A stretch of 30,997 nucleotides of DNA from contig JBJMMA010000188.1 of assembly GCA_045805065.1 (NCBI GenBank), forward strand, positions 1 through 30,997, written 5' to 3'. Numbering within the stretch: the stretch's first letter is position 1; each line of letters begins with the position of its first letter. The DNA comes from Bdellovibrionia bacterium (GTDB lineage: Bacteria; Bdellovibrionota; UBA1018). Below the pieces are notes generated by a model. That model ran no database searches and was not told where the DNA came from. It saw only the letters and a program-made list of their open reading frames with translations. Made by a program: the position numbers and the translations under genes. Below are positions 9,620 through 17,966 of the stretch, one piece after another.

Positions 9620-10022
9620 CGATTATCGTTTTCGAATCGAGTTCTGGGCGATTACGGGGTGCATTCTGCTGGTTGGAGCCATCATAGAGCTGGTCAGGCG
9701 CAATCAACTCAAAGAGCGCTATTCCTTCCTGTGGTTTGCCACAGCTGCAGTCCTTTGTGGTTTTGCACTCAGGCGAGACTGGCTCGAAGACTTCGCTCAG
9801 ATCATGGGAGTGTACTATCCGCCCACTGCCCTTTTTCTGGTTTTGGTTTTCTTCATGATGCTCATCTTGATCCATTTCTCGACTGCGATCAGTCGTTTGC
9901 TTTCGGATCGACAAGCACTCACTCAAAGCGTTGGAATGCTGGAAGCTCGCATCCGAGAACTTGAGAGCACAAGACAGGGGCCAGGCGTTACGTCTCCGAT
10001 TGACCCGGCTGCCAGTCTCTAA
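9612..10022 (+). CDS. DUF2304-family membrane protein
   Basis: ELVRRNQLKERYSFLW...MGVYYPPTALF...ISRL coiled tail; usual partner of DPM1-like GT2. TTG start at 9612 behind GGAG, overlapping the GT2 stop. Confidence 0.8.
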   Translation: MANDYRFRIEFWAITGCILLVGAIIELVRRNQLKERYSFLWFATAAVLCGFALRRDWLEDFAQIMGVYYPPTALFLVLVFFMMLILIHFSTAISRLLSDRQALTQSVGMLEARIRELESTRQGPGVTSPIDPAASL

Positions 10023-11310
10023 ACGGCGAAGGCCAGGTATTGTCTTCTTCACCATCCACGATGGCGCGCTGCCTTGGGTCCATTCTGCGAAGGATCTCAT
10101 GGTACGGCTTTTTCTTTTTCACAAGCTCATCGACGAGCGAGAAAGCTCCGTCTCCCATCCTGGCAAAGTAGACAGACACTGAGTTTGTGATGATGTCGAG
10201 ATACTTGCTCACAGGCGCCTGAGGGGTTGCTGCAGCGTGCGCCGCAAAAAGCTCTTCATTCACATAGGTGAATGTGTCGCAGCCATTCACAAAAAAGATC
10301 TGATACTTTTTAGGTTTAAAGATCGCGTTTTTGATCAGCACGTCGATATTGTCGCCGAGTCCTGCATGTCCGCTGTAAATAATGACGTCTGAGTCCTGAC
10401 TGCGCTGTTGGTACCAATTGATAAACGATTGGCCAACATGAGTGAGAACCTTGACGAGTTTCAGATGGACCTCAAGTGCGTCATCACCAAAACGCCATGA
10501 AAGCCTCAAGGCCTGACGATCCCCTTCTTCAGCCACGCGCGGCTGGCCAAAGCGATTCACCAGCATGGCATAGAAGCTATTGTAAGCCCGGACACCTTCA
10601 TCTTCAGCGCCTGCCTCAGGCTTTACCTTGCCAAAGATCGCGGTGACCGTGAGCTTATGATCTTCCCAAAGCTTGTCATACTCAGGGTATTTGTCGCGCG
10701 TATTGGTCCCGTTTTCGACAAAGCGCATAGGAAATCTGACAACCCATCCTTTTTCGCGCTCAAGTTCATGATCTGACGCATGCGACATCGGGCAAGTGTC
10801 CAAACTAGGATAAAAGAAGTAAAAGTAACCGCGGCGCTCCGCCTCGGGATCGTTCGTGCAGGCGTGAAAATAACGATTCACAAAAGACTTCAATCCACTC
10901 TCGTCTCCGCGCGCAGGAAGAATCATTTCCTGCTCCGAGGGCATCTCCTCTTTGCGACTCCAGGCAATGTGTCCTTGCGCCTTGTAATGCACGGGAACAA
11001 GACTCGTGTCCTCGTCCAGTGGATCGACCTTCCCTACTTCAACTTTGAACCAGGAGAGCTTTGGCGCGGCATCATTCCAGTTGAGTTGCCCTAGAGTGTA
11101 CATGAGTTGCTCACGAATCAGAGACTCATAGCTCGTCGCACTGGTGCCAGGCTTAACGAGGATCACTCCATCATCAATGGTCCCTTCAATGACCTTTTGC
11201 GTGACCGAGTCATAGGGAGGCACCACTGCTTGCGCAGGACTTGCGCAAACCGCGGCGCACACGAACGCAAATGCACTTACACATAAGAGAACGAACCTGG
11301 ATCGCTTCAT
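9988..11310 (-). CDS. Secreted protein with a putative clan CD (caspase/gingipain-like) His-Cys domain
   Basis: Signal peptide ending AQA; DVIIYSGHAGLG...YQIFFVNGCDTF match the strand-GH / strand-GC dyad pattern. Confidence 0.65.
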   Translation of the reverse strand: MKRSRFVLLCVSAFAFVCAAVCASPAQAVVPPYDSVTQKVIEGTIDDGVILVKPGTSATSYESLIREQLMYTLGQLNWNDAAPKLSWFKVEVGKVDPLDEDTSLVPVHYKAQGHIAWSRKEEMPSEQEMILPARGDESGLKSFVNRYFHACTNDPEAERRGYFYFFYPSLDTCPMSHASDHELEREKGWVVRFPMRFVENGTNTRDKYPEYDKLWEDHKLTVTAIFGKVKPEAGAEDEGVRAYNSFYAMLVNRFGQPRVAEEGDRQALRLSWRFGDDALEVHLKLVKVLTHVGQSFINWYQQRSQDSDVIIYSGHAGLGDNIDVLIKNAIFKPKKYQIFFVNGCDTFTYVNEELFAAHAAATPQAPVSKYLDIITNSVSVYFARMGDGAFSLVDELVKKKKPYHEILRRMDPRQRAIVDGEEDNTWPSPFRDWQPGQSET

Positions 11311-11463
11311 ATTAGCTTCCTCAGGGCAGCATCGGATTTGATTTGTATCGCGATGCTGCTCGCTGCAAGCTAAACGCCAAATGGCAAAAGGTTCAAAAGG
11401 TCGTCCCGACCTTTTGGTGGCGCATGTGCGTCGAAGCCTGAGATTCGGACTCCTGAACTAGAA

Positions 11464-11499
11464 AAGGTGCCACGTACCTTTAAATGTACGTGGCACCTT
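11464..11499 (-). terminator. Terminator for 11533-12477
   Basis: Perfect 14-bp inverted repeat AAGGTGCCACGTAC / GTACGTGGCACCTT; TTTTCT follows on the minus strand. Confidence 0.75.
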
Positions 11500-11532
11500 G
11501 CATGATTTCGTCAGACCTAGAGTTTCTAGTAT

Positions 11533-12477
11533 TTAAGGACGAACGATCACTTCGTCCAACGGGTAGGCAGCCTGGAAGCTTCCTTCCATGGCGTGTACGT
11601 AGCTGTAACCTTGATTAATCGCCACGGTAACAGAGAGCTTGGTCATAAGACTCGTGCTATCCAAAGTTTGCTTGATCGTCGTCAGAGCACCGATGGCTTG
11701 CGCCTTGTTTCGCGACAGATAGGCCTCAAGGGCAGCGGAGCGTTCAGCGCGAGTTGCTGAACGAAGCTGAATCATGATGTTGCCATAGCCTTTCAAGAAG
11801 CTGACAAACGTATTGGCTGCATTCAGGGCCGCTTGATCGCTCGCAGGGTTGCTAGCTTGGCTTGGTCGAAAGTAGTCGCTAGCGTAGACTCCTTTGAATT
11901 GAACATCCCCTGTATCGGAGAAAATCATTCTCTCGTCAGGTCCAGAGTTGTAATGACCATAGATCTGCGGAACGTACATGGGTCTGACGTTCGCATCGGA
12001 AACAATAATCGCTCCAGATCGGACGAACTCACATTGCATGTACTGAGCAAAGTCGTAGGCGCGAAAACTAGAAATAACGGAGCCAATGTCATCCCAGTTG
12101 ACCGACGAGGTTTTAATGACATTACCATCGCAGTTATTCAGGCTCCAGCCCGTGCGAACCCTTAAGGTATCAGACCTACTGTTCAAGAAAGTCGTGAAAA
12201 ACGGAGACTTAACCCGCATTTCTGTAACCAAATTTTTTCCATCCAAACTGAGTTGGACGAAATAGAGCGAGGACACAAAAGTCTCGTCGTGGGTGGGACC
12301 ATGCCAATAAAATTCAAAGAGCGAAAACAAGGTATTTTGTTGATCCAGAACTTGCTTCTTATAAGGAGAACCTAAGTAATGAATAGAAGACGCTCCAAGT
12401 GAAGGCAGAAGATCGCCTGCAAACGCTCCAGCACTCATCAGCAACATCAACAAAGATAAAATCGATTGCTTTTTCAT
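11533..12477 (-). CDS. Secreted hypothetical protein
   Basis: MKKQSILSLLMLLMSAGAFA signal peptide; 314-aa ORF starting 18 bp after the upstream gene's stop. Confidence 0.75.
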   Translation of the reverse strand: MKKQSILSLLMLLMSAGAFAGDLLPSLGASSIHYLGSPYKKQVLDQQNTLFSLFEFYWHGPTHDETFVSSLYFVQLSLDGKNLVTEMRVKSPFFTTFLNSRSDTLRVRTGWSLNNCDGNVIKTSSVNWDDIGSVISSFRAYDFAQYMQCEFVRSGAIIVSDANVRPMYVPQIYGHYNSGPDERMIFSDTGDVQFKGVYASDYFRPSQASNPASDQAALNAANTFVSFLKGYGNIMIQLRSATRAERSAALEAYLSRNKAQAIGALTTIKQTLDSTSLMTKLSVTVAINQGYSYVHAMEGSFQAAYPLDEVIVRP

Positions 12478-12495
12478 GATTAAAATTCTTTCTCG

Positions 12496-13374
12496 TTAGA
12501 GCGGTTTACGGATCTCGTAAAAGTATCCGGACGAGTCCTTTTCAATAAAGCAGCGAGCACCGAACCAGGAAGGCTGCCTGAGCGCGCTTTCTGCGAGCTT
12601 CAATGAGCAAGCCTCCATCGCTTGATCAGCATCTGGATAAACAAGTGATCCAAACTGACCATCGAGAAACTTCAAACTCGAGAACACCGTCTGCCACTGC
12701 GTTTGAGCAGGCTTGGCAATTCCAAAGACGGCTAGCCCGTACGCGGATTCAAACCGATGGTAACCCCGCGGGATGCGCTTTTCGATATAGGAGCAATACA
12801 CAAGCTTGTAGTCTTCGGCGTACACGCTCTTTTGGTAAGAGCACTGATCAAGAGCGCTCTCCTCACTCAAGCCCGTCAACCCTTGATCATAGTAACGGCT
12901 GTAGAGAAGACTTGCCTCGGGCAGAGCTTTCGAATCCACCTCTGCCTTCAGAGTCGCGCTCACATGGTAATCCCCCGTCTTTTCGATGCGAGCCAAGCTC
13001 AACACTTCGTGGAGTGCCAGGCGCGATTTGACGAAGGAAGACTTGAGCTTGAGCCAGCGTTGGCGCTGAATCGTGACCGTTCTCTGACTTGGGTCATTGG
13101 TCGCGGCAGAGTCTTGAGACTCGCCCAATCCAATGTCCACAGGCAAAGAAGTGTCGACGACCACATACTTCGCTTGATCCAACATCTCGCGAAGCTTTTG
13201 CCAGTCTTCCGAACGGAGGGCAGAAACAGGCAACGAGGCTACGCCCTGCGCAGCGCTTGCCTGAAAATCCAATCCCACTTCGTCCCCGCCGCCACTGCTT
13301 CCCGGGCCAGCAAGCGCAGACAGGCTCATCAGCAGTGCCGCACTCGTTAAACTAGCCAGACTTATCCGACTCAT
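12496..13374 (-). CDS. Secreted protein with GPGSSGGG mature N-terminus and LALHE motif
   Basis: Start moved to ATG 13374 (AAAGGGG SD; signal peptide MSRISLASL...ALA). The track's longer N-terminus overlaps the divergent gene. Confidence 0.75.
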   Translation of the reverse strand: MSRISLASLTSAALLMSLSALAGPGSSGGGDEVGLDFQASAAQGVASLPVSALRSEDWQKLREMLDQAKYVVVDTSLPVDIGLGESQDSAATNDPSQRTVTIQRQRWLKLKSSFVKSRLALHEVLSLARIEKTGDYHVSATLKAEVDSKALPEASLLYSRYYDQGLTGLSEESALDQCSYQKSVYAEDYKLVYCSYIEKRIPRGYHRFESAYGLAVFGIAKPAQTQWQTVFSSLKFLDGQFGSLVYPDADQAMEACSLKLAESALRQPSWFGARCFIEKDSSGYFYEIRKPL

Positions 13375-13502
13375 TTCATACCCCTTTGTGACCATCCGCT
13401 TCATACAACCTGGCACCCAACCCGACAAGCGGATCTCCGTGAAGGGCCCTATCTTTCTGAGAGGTTTTATAAGCGGGAGAACGAGTGAAGGGTAGAATAT
13501 AG

Positions 13503-13543
13503 ATATTACAAAGTTACGAATTTTGTAATATTTAGTTACGAAT
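13503..13543. promoter_or_regulatory. Putative operator in the divergent promoter region
   Basis: Inverted repeat ATATTACAAA (13503-13512) / TTTGTAATAT (13522-13531), plus direct repeat AGTTACGAAT at 13512-13521 and 13534-13543 running into the regulator's ATG. Confidence 0.55.
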
Positions 13544-14351
13544 GGACGCACCCAGCATCTTTTCTTATCAAGACTACCGAGACTTCCTTCAAGCCCTGAT
13601 TTCTTCGCAGTCTGAGTCCTGGGGACTCATTACGAAGATGGCCAAGGCAGCTCAGTGTCAGCGCCCCTACCTTTCAAAGGTTCTTAAAGGCGAAGCTCAA
13701 CTCACCCCTTCTCAGGCATTTGGATTGGCTAAGTTCTGGAAGCTCAATGGATCGGAGACAGAATACTTTTTAGGACTACTCGAAGCTGAGCGCGCAGGCT
13801 CGGGCGACTACCGCGAATATATCCAGCGCAAGAACTCAGCATTGAGAAAGTCCCAGGAAGATCTCTCTAAACGAGTCAACCGAAAATCCGCTCCCATAGC
13901 GCAAGACGAAGTCACCTACTATTCAGCCTGGCACTGGTCCGCGATTCACATCCTGGTCAGCATTCCAGAGTTTCAGACTGTGGATGCGATCGCACGGAAA
14001 CTCTCGCTTTCTACCAGCATTGTAGAATCAACGTTGAAGCGTCTGGAAGAGTACGGCTTTGTGAAAAAAGAGTCCAGTCGGTGGAAATACGACGCCAGCG
14101 AGAGACACATCTCAAAGAACTCACCTCTTTCAGCCCTTCATCACGCTAACTGGCGCAACCGCGCGGTCCTGGACGCACAAGACCCTGCTCAGGACAGCGT
14201 TCATTTCACCGTCGTTCAGACCCTGAGCCGCGCCGACTATCAGCATTTGAAGCAAATGCTTTTAGACTTTATTGAGCGCACCTCAAGAGTCGCAGGGCCT
14301 TCGAACCCCGAAGAAATGATGTGCCTGAGCTGCGATTTGTTTAAGTCTTGA
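13542..14351 (+). CDS. TIGR02147/DUF4423-family putative transcription regulator (copy A)
   Basis: IFSYQDYRDFL, N-terminal HTH (MAKAAQCQRPYLSKVLKG), YYSAWHWSAIHIL, winged HTH, HHANWR. Confidence 0.85.
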   Translation: MDAPSIFSYQDYRDFLQALISSQSESWGLITKMAKAAQCQRPYLSKVLKGEAQLTPSQAFGLAKFWKLNGSETEYFLGLLEAERAGSGDYREYIQRKNSALRKSQEDLSKRVNRKSAPIAQDEVTYYSAWHWSAIHILVSIPEFQTVDAIARKLSLSTSIVESTLKRLEEYGFVKKESSRWKYDASERHISKNSPLSALHHANWRNRAVLDAQDPAQDSVHFTVVQTLSRADYQHLKQMLLDFIERTSRVAGPSNPEEMMCLSCDLFKS

Positions 14352-14406
14352 AAACAGAAAAGGCCCCGCACCCATCACGGTACGAAGCCCTCTCTTTAAA
14401 TGACGC
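14351..14406 (-). repeat. Repeat copy R1 (shorter): terminator hairpin duplicated from the top6A 3' region
   Basis: AAAACAGAAAAGGCCCCGCACCCATCACGGTACGAAGCCCTCTCTTTAAATGACGC is nearly identical to 16717-16772. Confidence 0.9.
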
Positions 14407-14411
14407 ACATC

Positions 14412-14597
14412 TCAACCCAAAGGTCGGGACGACCTTTTAGCGAAGGAAAAGAACTTTCCGAGAGAGAAGAACACGGTTGTCGGCAATAGAAACTGAATCC
14501 AATAAAGATTAAAGCCCTCTTTTAATAAGTTAATGAGAGCTATACCGCCGGGAAAAATCAAACTGACGATTGCTAACCCGTAAAATATCTTTTTCAC
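14412..14597 (-). CDS. Possible small two-TM membrane protein
   Basis: 61 aa, GTG start, two hydrophobic stretches, stop just before the R1 terminator; no clear SD. Confidence 0.35.
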   Translation of the reverse strand: MKKIFYGLAIVSLIFPGGIALINLLKEGFNLYWIQFLLPTTVFFSLGKFFSFAKRSSRPLG

Positions 14598-14642
14598 AGT
14601 TATCTAAAAAAGAAACACACTTGCCGCATGGATGTCCAGGAA

Positions 14643-14736
14643 ACGTAAAAACAAAAGGGCCCGCACACCTTAAGGCATGGGGGCCCTCTCTTTAAATGAC
14701 GCGTTCCTCTACCAAATGGAGCCGGATACGTTTTAT
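14643..14736 (-). repeat. Repeat copy R2 (about 94 bp), including terminator hairpin and stop codon
   Basis: ACGTAAAAACAAAAGGGCCCGCAC...GCCCTCTCTTTAAATGACGCGTTCCTCTACCAAATGGAGCCGGATACGTTTTAT matches 16711-16806. Confidence 0.92.
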
Positions 14737-15758
14737 TTATGGAGTTCGAAGAGATCCACGTGGCCATTATCAAGGGAGTGACTTACTTCTCGTGAATAAG
14801 CATCTCGGTACGAATAAATATGTAATGACCGACCCATTGACGTTTTATCCAAATAATAGAGGATCATATTAGCCTCGAATTGATCCCCGTTGAATAACTC
14901 CACCAAACGAATCGTGTCACTCTTAAAGCCCGACGGTCTGGAATCCATTATCTCGAACCTGCTATCAATCGCTTTGAAAGTCCGCACGGAACAGTCACTG
15001 TGATCCAGCGTATAGAAGGTTCCGAAGACCGTCCCATTCGCTTCGGGACCATCCAGCCCCCCCTTCCTGACCAGATCTTCAAAAGCTCCGTTCGCCGTAT
15101 AGATATGCGCATCACAAAGGTAGCGCGACAGAACTTTCGAAGACATTTCATTGCGGCGATCCGGACTAAAAACCGCACTCACAACGTCTGAAATCGTCTC
15201 CGTATTTCCCAGCTTCCGAATGGAATTCGTATCGAAATAGAGACGGATCAGGGCCTCATGAAGAAGGAGCGACGCGATATCGCGATCCGTATAGAGCTCC
15301 AAAATATTGCGATCTACAAGTACTGTAAAATCATCCTTGAATTGCAAAGCCACTCTTCTTATCTCGCCCTGAACTGCTTTATGCAGATAGATAACTCCGG
15401 CATCATCCAGAGCAGGGAGTTCATGGGGAACTTTATAGAATTTCAATTTATTGAGTGCACCAAGAATGGCGGACTCCGTCGTCGCACTCCTGTCATTTGA
15501 CAAATTGTTATAGAATACAGTTGTCTTCGAGAATGCAGTCTCTTTCTTCAGAAGATTTTTGAGGTAGTCCATCCCTCTGCTTTCATCCAAGTCATAGATC
15601 TCGCGATTTGGGATTTTTGCGAGATCCAAAGCATGGGCCTCTCGTCCATTCATCACAGCACCGCCGCCGCCCGTGGATCCAGGTCCAGCTTCAGCGATAC
15701 CGCTTCCCAACAATGAGAGAGCGATGAACGAAACCATCATCAACTTCTTCGAATGCAT
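14733..15758 (-). CDS. Secreted protein with GPGSTGGGG mature N-terminus and LLLHE motif
   Basis: Signal peptide ending AEA; same N-terminal and HE motifs as 12496-13374; GGAGAG upstream. Confidence 0.78.
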   Translation of the reverse strand: MHSKKLMMVSFIALSLLGSGIAEAGPGSTGGGGAVMNGREAHALDLAKIPNREIYDLDESRGMDYLKNLLKKETAFSKTTVFYNNLSNDRSATTESAILGALNKLKFYKVPHELPALDDAGVIYLHKAVQGEIRRVALQFKDDFTVLVDRNILELYTDRDIASLLLHEALIRLYFDTNSIRKLGNTETISDVVSAVFSPDRRNEMSSKVLSRYLCDAHIYTANGAFEDLVRKGGLDGPEANGTVFGTFYTLDHSDCSVRTFKAIDSRFEIMDSRPSGFKSDTIRLVELFNGDQFEANMILYYLDKTSMGRSLHIYSYRDAYSREVSHSLDNGHVDLFELHK

Positions 15759-15915
15759 ATTTAGATACTCTCCAATACCTGACTGGTTCTATACTCTATT
15801 ATTCGCACCGGCAAGTTCAATCCGGCAACTTCTGCGGCGCGTTATGTCATGAATATATCGAGGTAAATAGATTTTTATTATTTCGTATATCGATGTTCCG
15901 ATACAATATATAACG

Positions 15916-16716
15916 ATGAGTGCACCCGTCTGGAGCTTTAAAAGCTATAAAGACTTCCTCAATACTCTGATCCACGAAGGGCAACGAGGGCTGATTTCTC
16001 GACTGGCTGAAGCGGCGGGATGCCAAAGGTCTTACCTATCAAACGTGCTCAGAACCCATATTCACCTGGTTCCCGACCAGGCCTTTGGAATATGCCGCTA
16101 TTTAGGCTTTGATCCATCCGAAACGAGTTACTTTCTGTTGCTACTAGAAAAGGAAAGAGCCGCGACTCCGACGTATCGTCAGCATCTTGAGGAAAAAATC
16201 ACGATTCTCCAAAAGGAGCGTGAAGATCTTGCTCAACGACTTGAGCGAAAACCACTCCAGTCAGATGCCGATCAACTCATCTATTATTCGGCCTGGCACT
16301 ACGCTGCCATTCACATCCTCGTAAGCATCCCCAAGTTTCAATCGGTTCCAGCCATTTGCCAGGCTCTGGGAATCGATTCAGAATTGGTCCACAAAACCCT
16401 CACAGAACTTGCCAGAATGGGTCTTGTTCAGCGCTTAGGTTCTCGATGGTCGTTTTCATCGGGAGATATTCATATCCCAAAGAACTCTCCCCTGGTTTCC
16501 CTTCACCACAACAACTGGCGACAAAAAGCCGTATTACGCTCTCAAGCTCGGGGCGATGGCATTCACTTCACAATGGTTCAATCCGTGAGTACACGCGTGG
16601 CGGATGAAATTAAGGAAAAAGTGTTGAAACTGATCGATGAAGCGAACGCTCTCGCCGGGCCATCGGAACCAGAAGAGCTGATCTACTTCGGCATTGATCA
16701 GTACAAGATTACGTAA
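15916..16716 (+). CDS. TIGR02147/DUF4423-family putative transcription regulator (copy B)
   Basis: Paralog of 13542-14351: CQRSYLSNVL, YYSAWHYAAIHILVSIP, HIPKNSPLVSLHHNNWR, AGPSEPEE. Confidence 0.85.
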   Translation: MSAPVWSFKSYKDFLNTLIHEGQRGLISRLAEAAGCQRSYLSNVLRTHIHLVPDQAFGICRYLGFDPSETSYFLLLLEKERAATPTYRQHLEEKITILQKEREDLAQRLERKPLQSDADQLIYYSAWHYAAIHILVSIPKFQSVPAICQALGIDSELVHKTLTELARMGLVQRLGSRWSFSSGDIHIPKNSPLVSLHHNNWRQKAVLRSQARGDGIHFTMVQSVSTRVADEIKEKVLKLIDEANALAGPSEPEELIYFGIDQYKIT

Positions 16717-16806
16717 AAAACAAAAAGGGCCCCGCACCCATCAAGGTACGAAGCCCTCTCTTTAAATGACGCGCTCCTCTACCAAATGGAGCCGGATACG
16801 TTTTAT
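16711..16806 (-). repeat. Repeat copy R3 (96 bp): top6A stop codon, 3' UTR and Rho-independent terminator
   Basis: Minus strand AGGGCTTCGTACC-loop-GGTGCGGGGCCCT stem (with G-U pairs) followed by TTTTGTTTTTT. Confidence 0.92.
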
Positions 16807-17966
16807 ACGAAATCGCCGCGCTTGATCTTCTCGACGATGATCTTCTCAGGCATCGTCGGATCGCGTGGATCGACCGTGAAGAACGCTTGCTGCTCACAAC
16901 GGCGCTTGTTCTTCAGAAGCCAATGAAGGATCTGAGACAGGCCCTTGTTGCGCTTGTCCTGGAAGAACGGATCGTTCTTCAGAGCGTCTGCGGCTTTTTT
17001 CAAAGCGCGAACTTCCTGAGCGTCGTTCTCTTTCACCGGATAGTCGTTGAGATCGTACCTTTTGATGTCTTCAGGAAGAACGCCCAAGAAACGGACATCT
17101 GGGGCCGAGTAATCCGAGTTACGGATCAAGCTCGCAGCGGATCCTGCCTTCAGCGTACGGAAAATGTTTTGCATCGTGTACGCGTCAAGATCTCCGAAGA
17201 AGTACAGAGGTACTTTGAGCTGATCTTGAATGAGCTTACACCAGCCACGAACCGCGTTGGATGGAACGCCTTGAGCACCCATCAGAATGCAGTTGTGACG
17301 CTTCGTGAAGCCGTTAGCCACCAAGGTGTTGGCCGTACCTTCCGACTCGACGATCAAGCCGAAGTCGATCTTCTTCTTGGCCGAAAGCTTCAAGTTCTGC
17401 GGACGGTTTTTAGGTTGGAATGGCGAAGTACCCAGACGGGACAAATCAACCACTGCGCTATCACCATCTGGAAGCGTTTCCGTCACGACAAGCTGCTGTG
17501 AGTACGTCTGACCACCGCGGTCGTTGGCGTAACAGTTGAGCTCTTCTCGATAGCACTCGAGCATTTCGCAGATGAAATCGATGATTTCATCGCTTTCGTC
17601 CTGATCCGCAAAATCGAGAGGCTTCAACATCGAATTGTGCTTAATTTCACCTTTGCTGATGTAATAAAGCTCGCGCTTCGTGTTGACTGCGCCCGTGTCG
17701 ATATTTCTGAGAAGAATCTCGAGCATGAAAACCGCGCGAGACATCTTCTTCACGGAGCTGACGTTCAGCTCCGTTGCCACTTTCTTATCGCCAGGAGTCA
17801 GATAACCGACCTTATGGTTATAGACCGAGTTATCGAGTGAGCATTTCGTTGCGTAAAGAACCGGGCGCTTGGCGCGCTCGAGGTCCGCAAGAAGCCTGCT
17901 GCAAAGATCCTTGGAGAGCTTTGGAATCAGTTGATCTGAGTTACGACTGCGTGTTGCTGTGGCCAT
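16803..17966 (-). CDS. top6A: DNA topoisomerase VI subunit A (Spo11-like)
   Basis: TKRELYY catalytic Tyr, FADQDESD, Toprim IVESEG, GAQGVP, FGDLD, EQQA; stop/start overlap with top6B. Confidence 0.93.
   Translation of the reverse strand: MATATRSRNSDQLIPKLSKDLCSRLLADLERAKRPVLYATKCSLDNSVYNHKVGYLTPGDKKVATELNVSSVKKMSRAVFMLEILLRNIDTGAVNTKRELYYISKGEIKHNSMLKPLDFADQDESDEIIDFICEMLECYREELNCYANDRGGQTYSQQLVVTETLPDGDSAVVDLSRLGTSPFQPKNRPQNLKLSAKKKIDFGLIVESEGTANTLVANGFTKRHNCILMGAQGVPSNAVRGWCKLIQDQLKVPLYFFGDLDAYTMQNIFRTLKAGSAASLIRNSDYSAPDVRFLGVLPEDIKRYDLNDYPVKENDAQEVRALKKAADALKNDPFFQDKRNKGLSQILHWLLKNKRRCEQQAFFTVDPRDPTMPEKIIVEKIKRGDFV

Noticed and set aside
11380..11420. GGCAAA/GGGACG words suggesting a c-di-GMP-I riboswitch
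   Set aside because: The words are on opposite strands and the GAAA tetraloop/receptor architecture is missing; a simple palindrome explains the region.
11478..11490. Terminator loop CTTTAAATGTACG resembling CTTTAAATGACG in R1-R3
   Set aside because: Short AT-rich match with no flanking similarity; not enough to call a fourth copy.
16771..16795. Minus-strand GGCTCCATTTGGTAGAG resembling a tRNA D-arm
   Set aside because: No acceptor stem, anticodon arm or TTC T-loop nearby.
14351..16806. R1-R3 as a CRISPR array or canonical integron attC sites
   Set aside because: Spacing is 0.3-2 kb, the repeats are terminator-like with U-tracts, and there are no cas genes, integron integrase or RYYYAAC/GTTRRRY ends.
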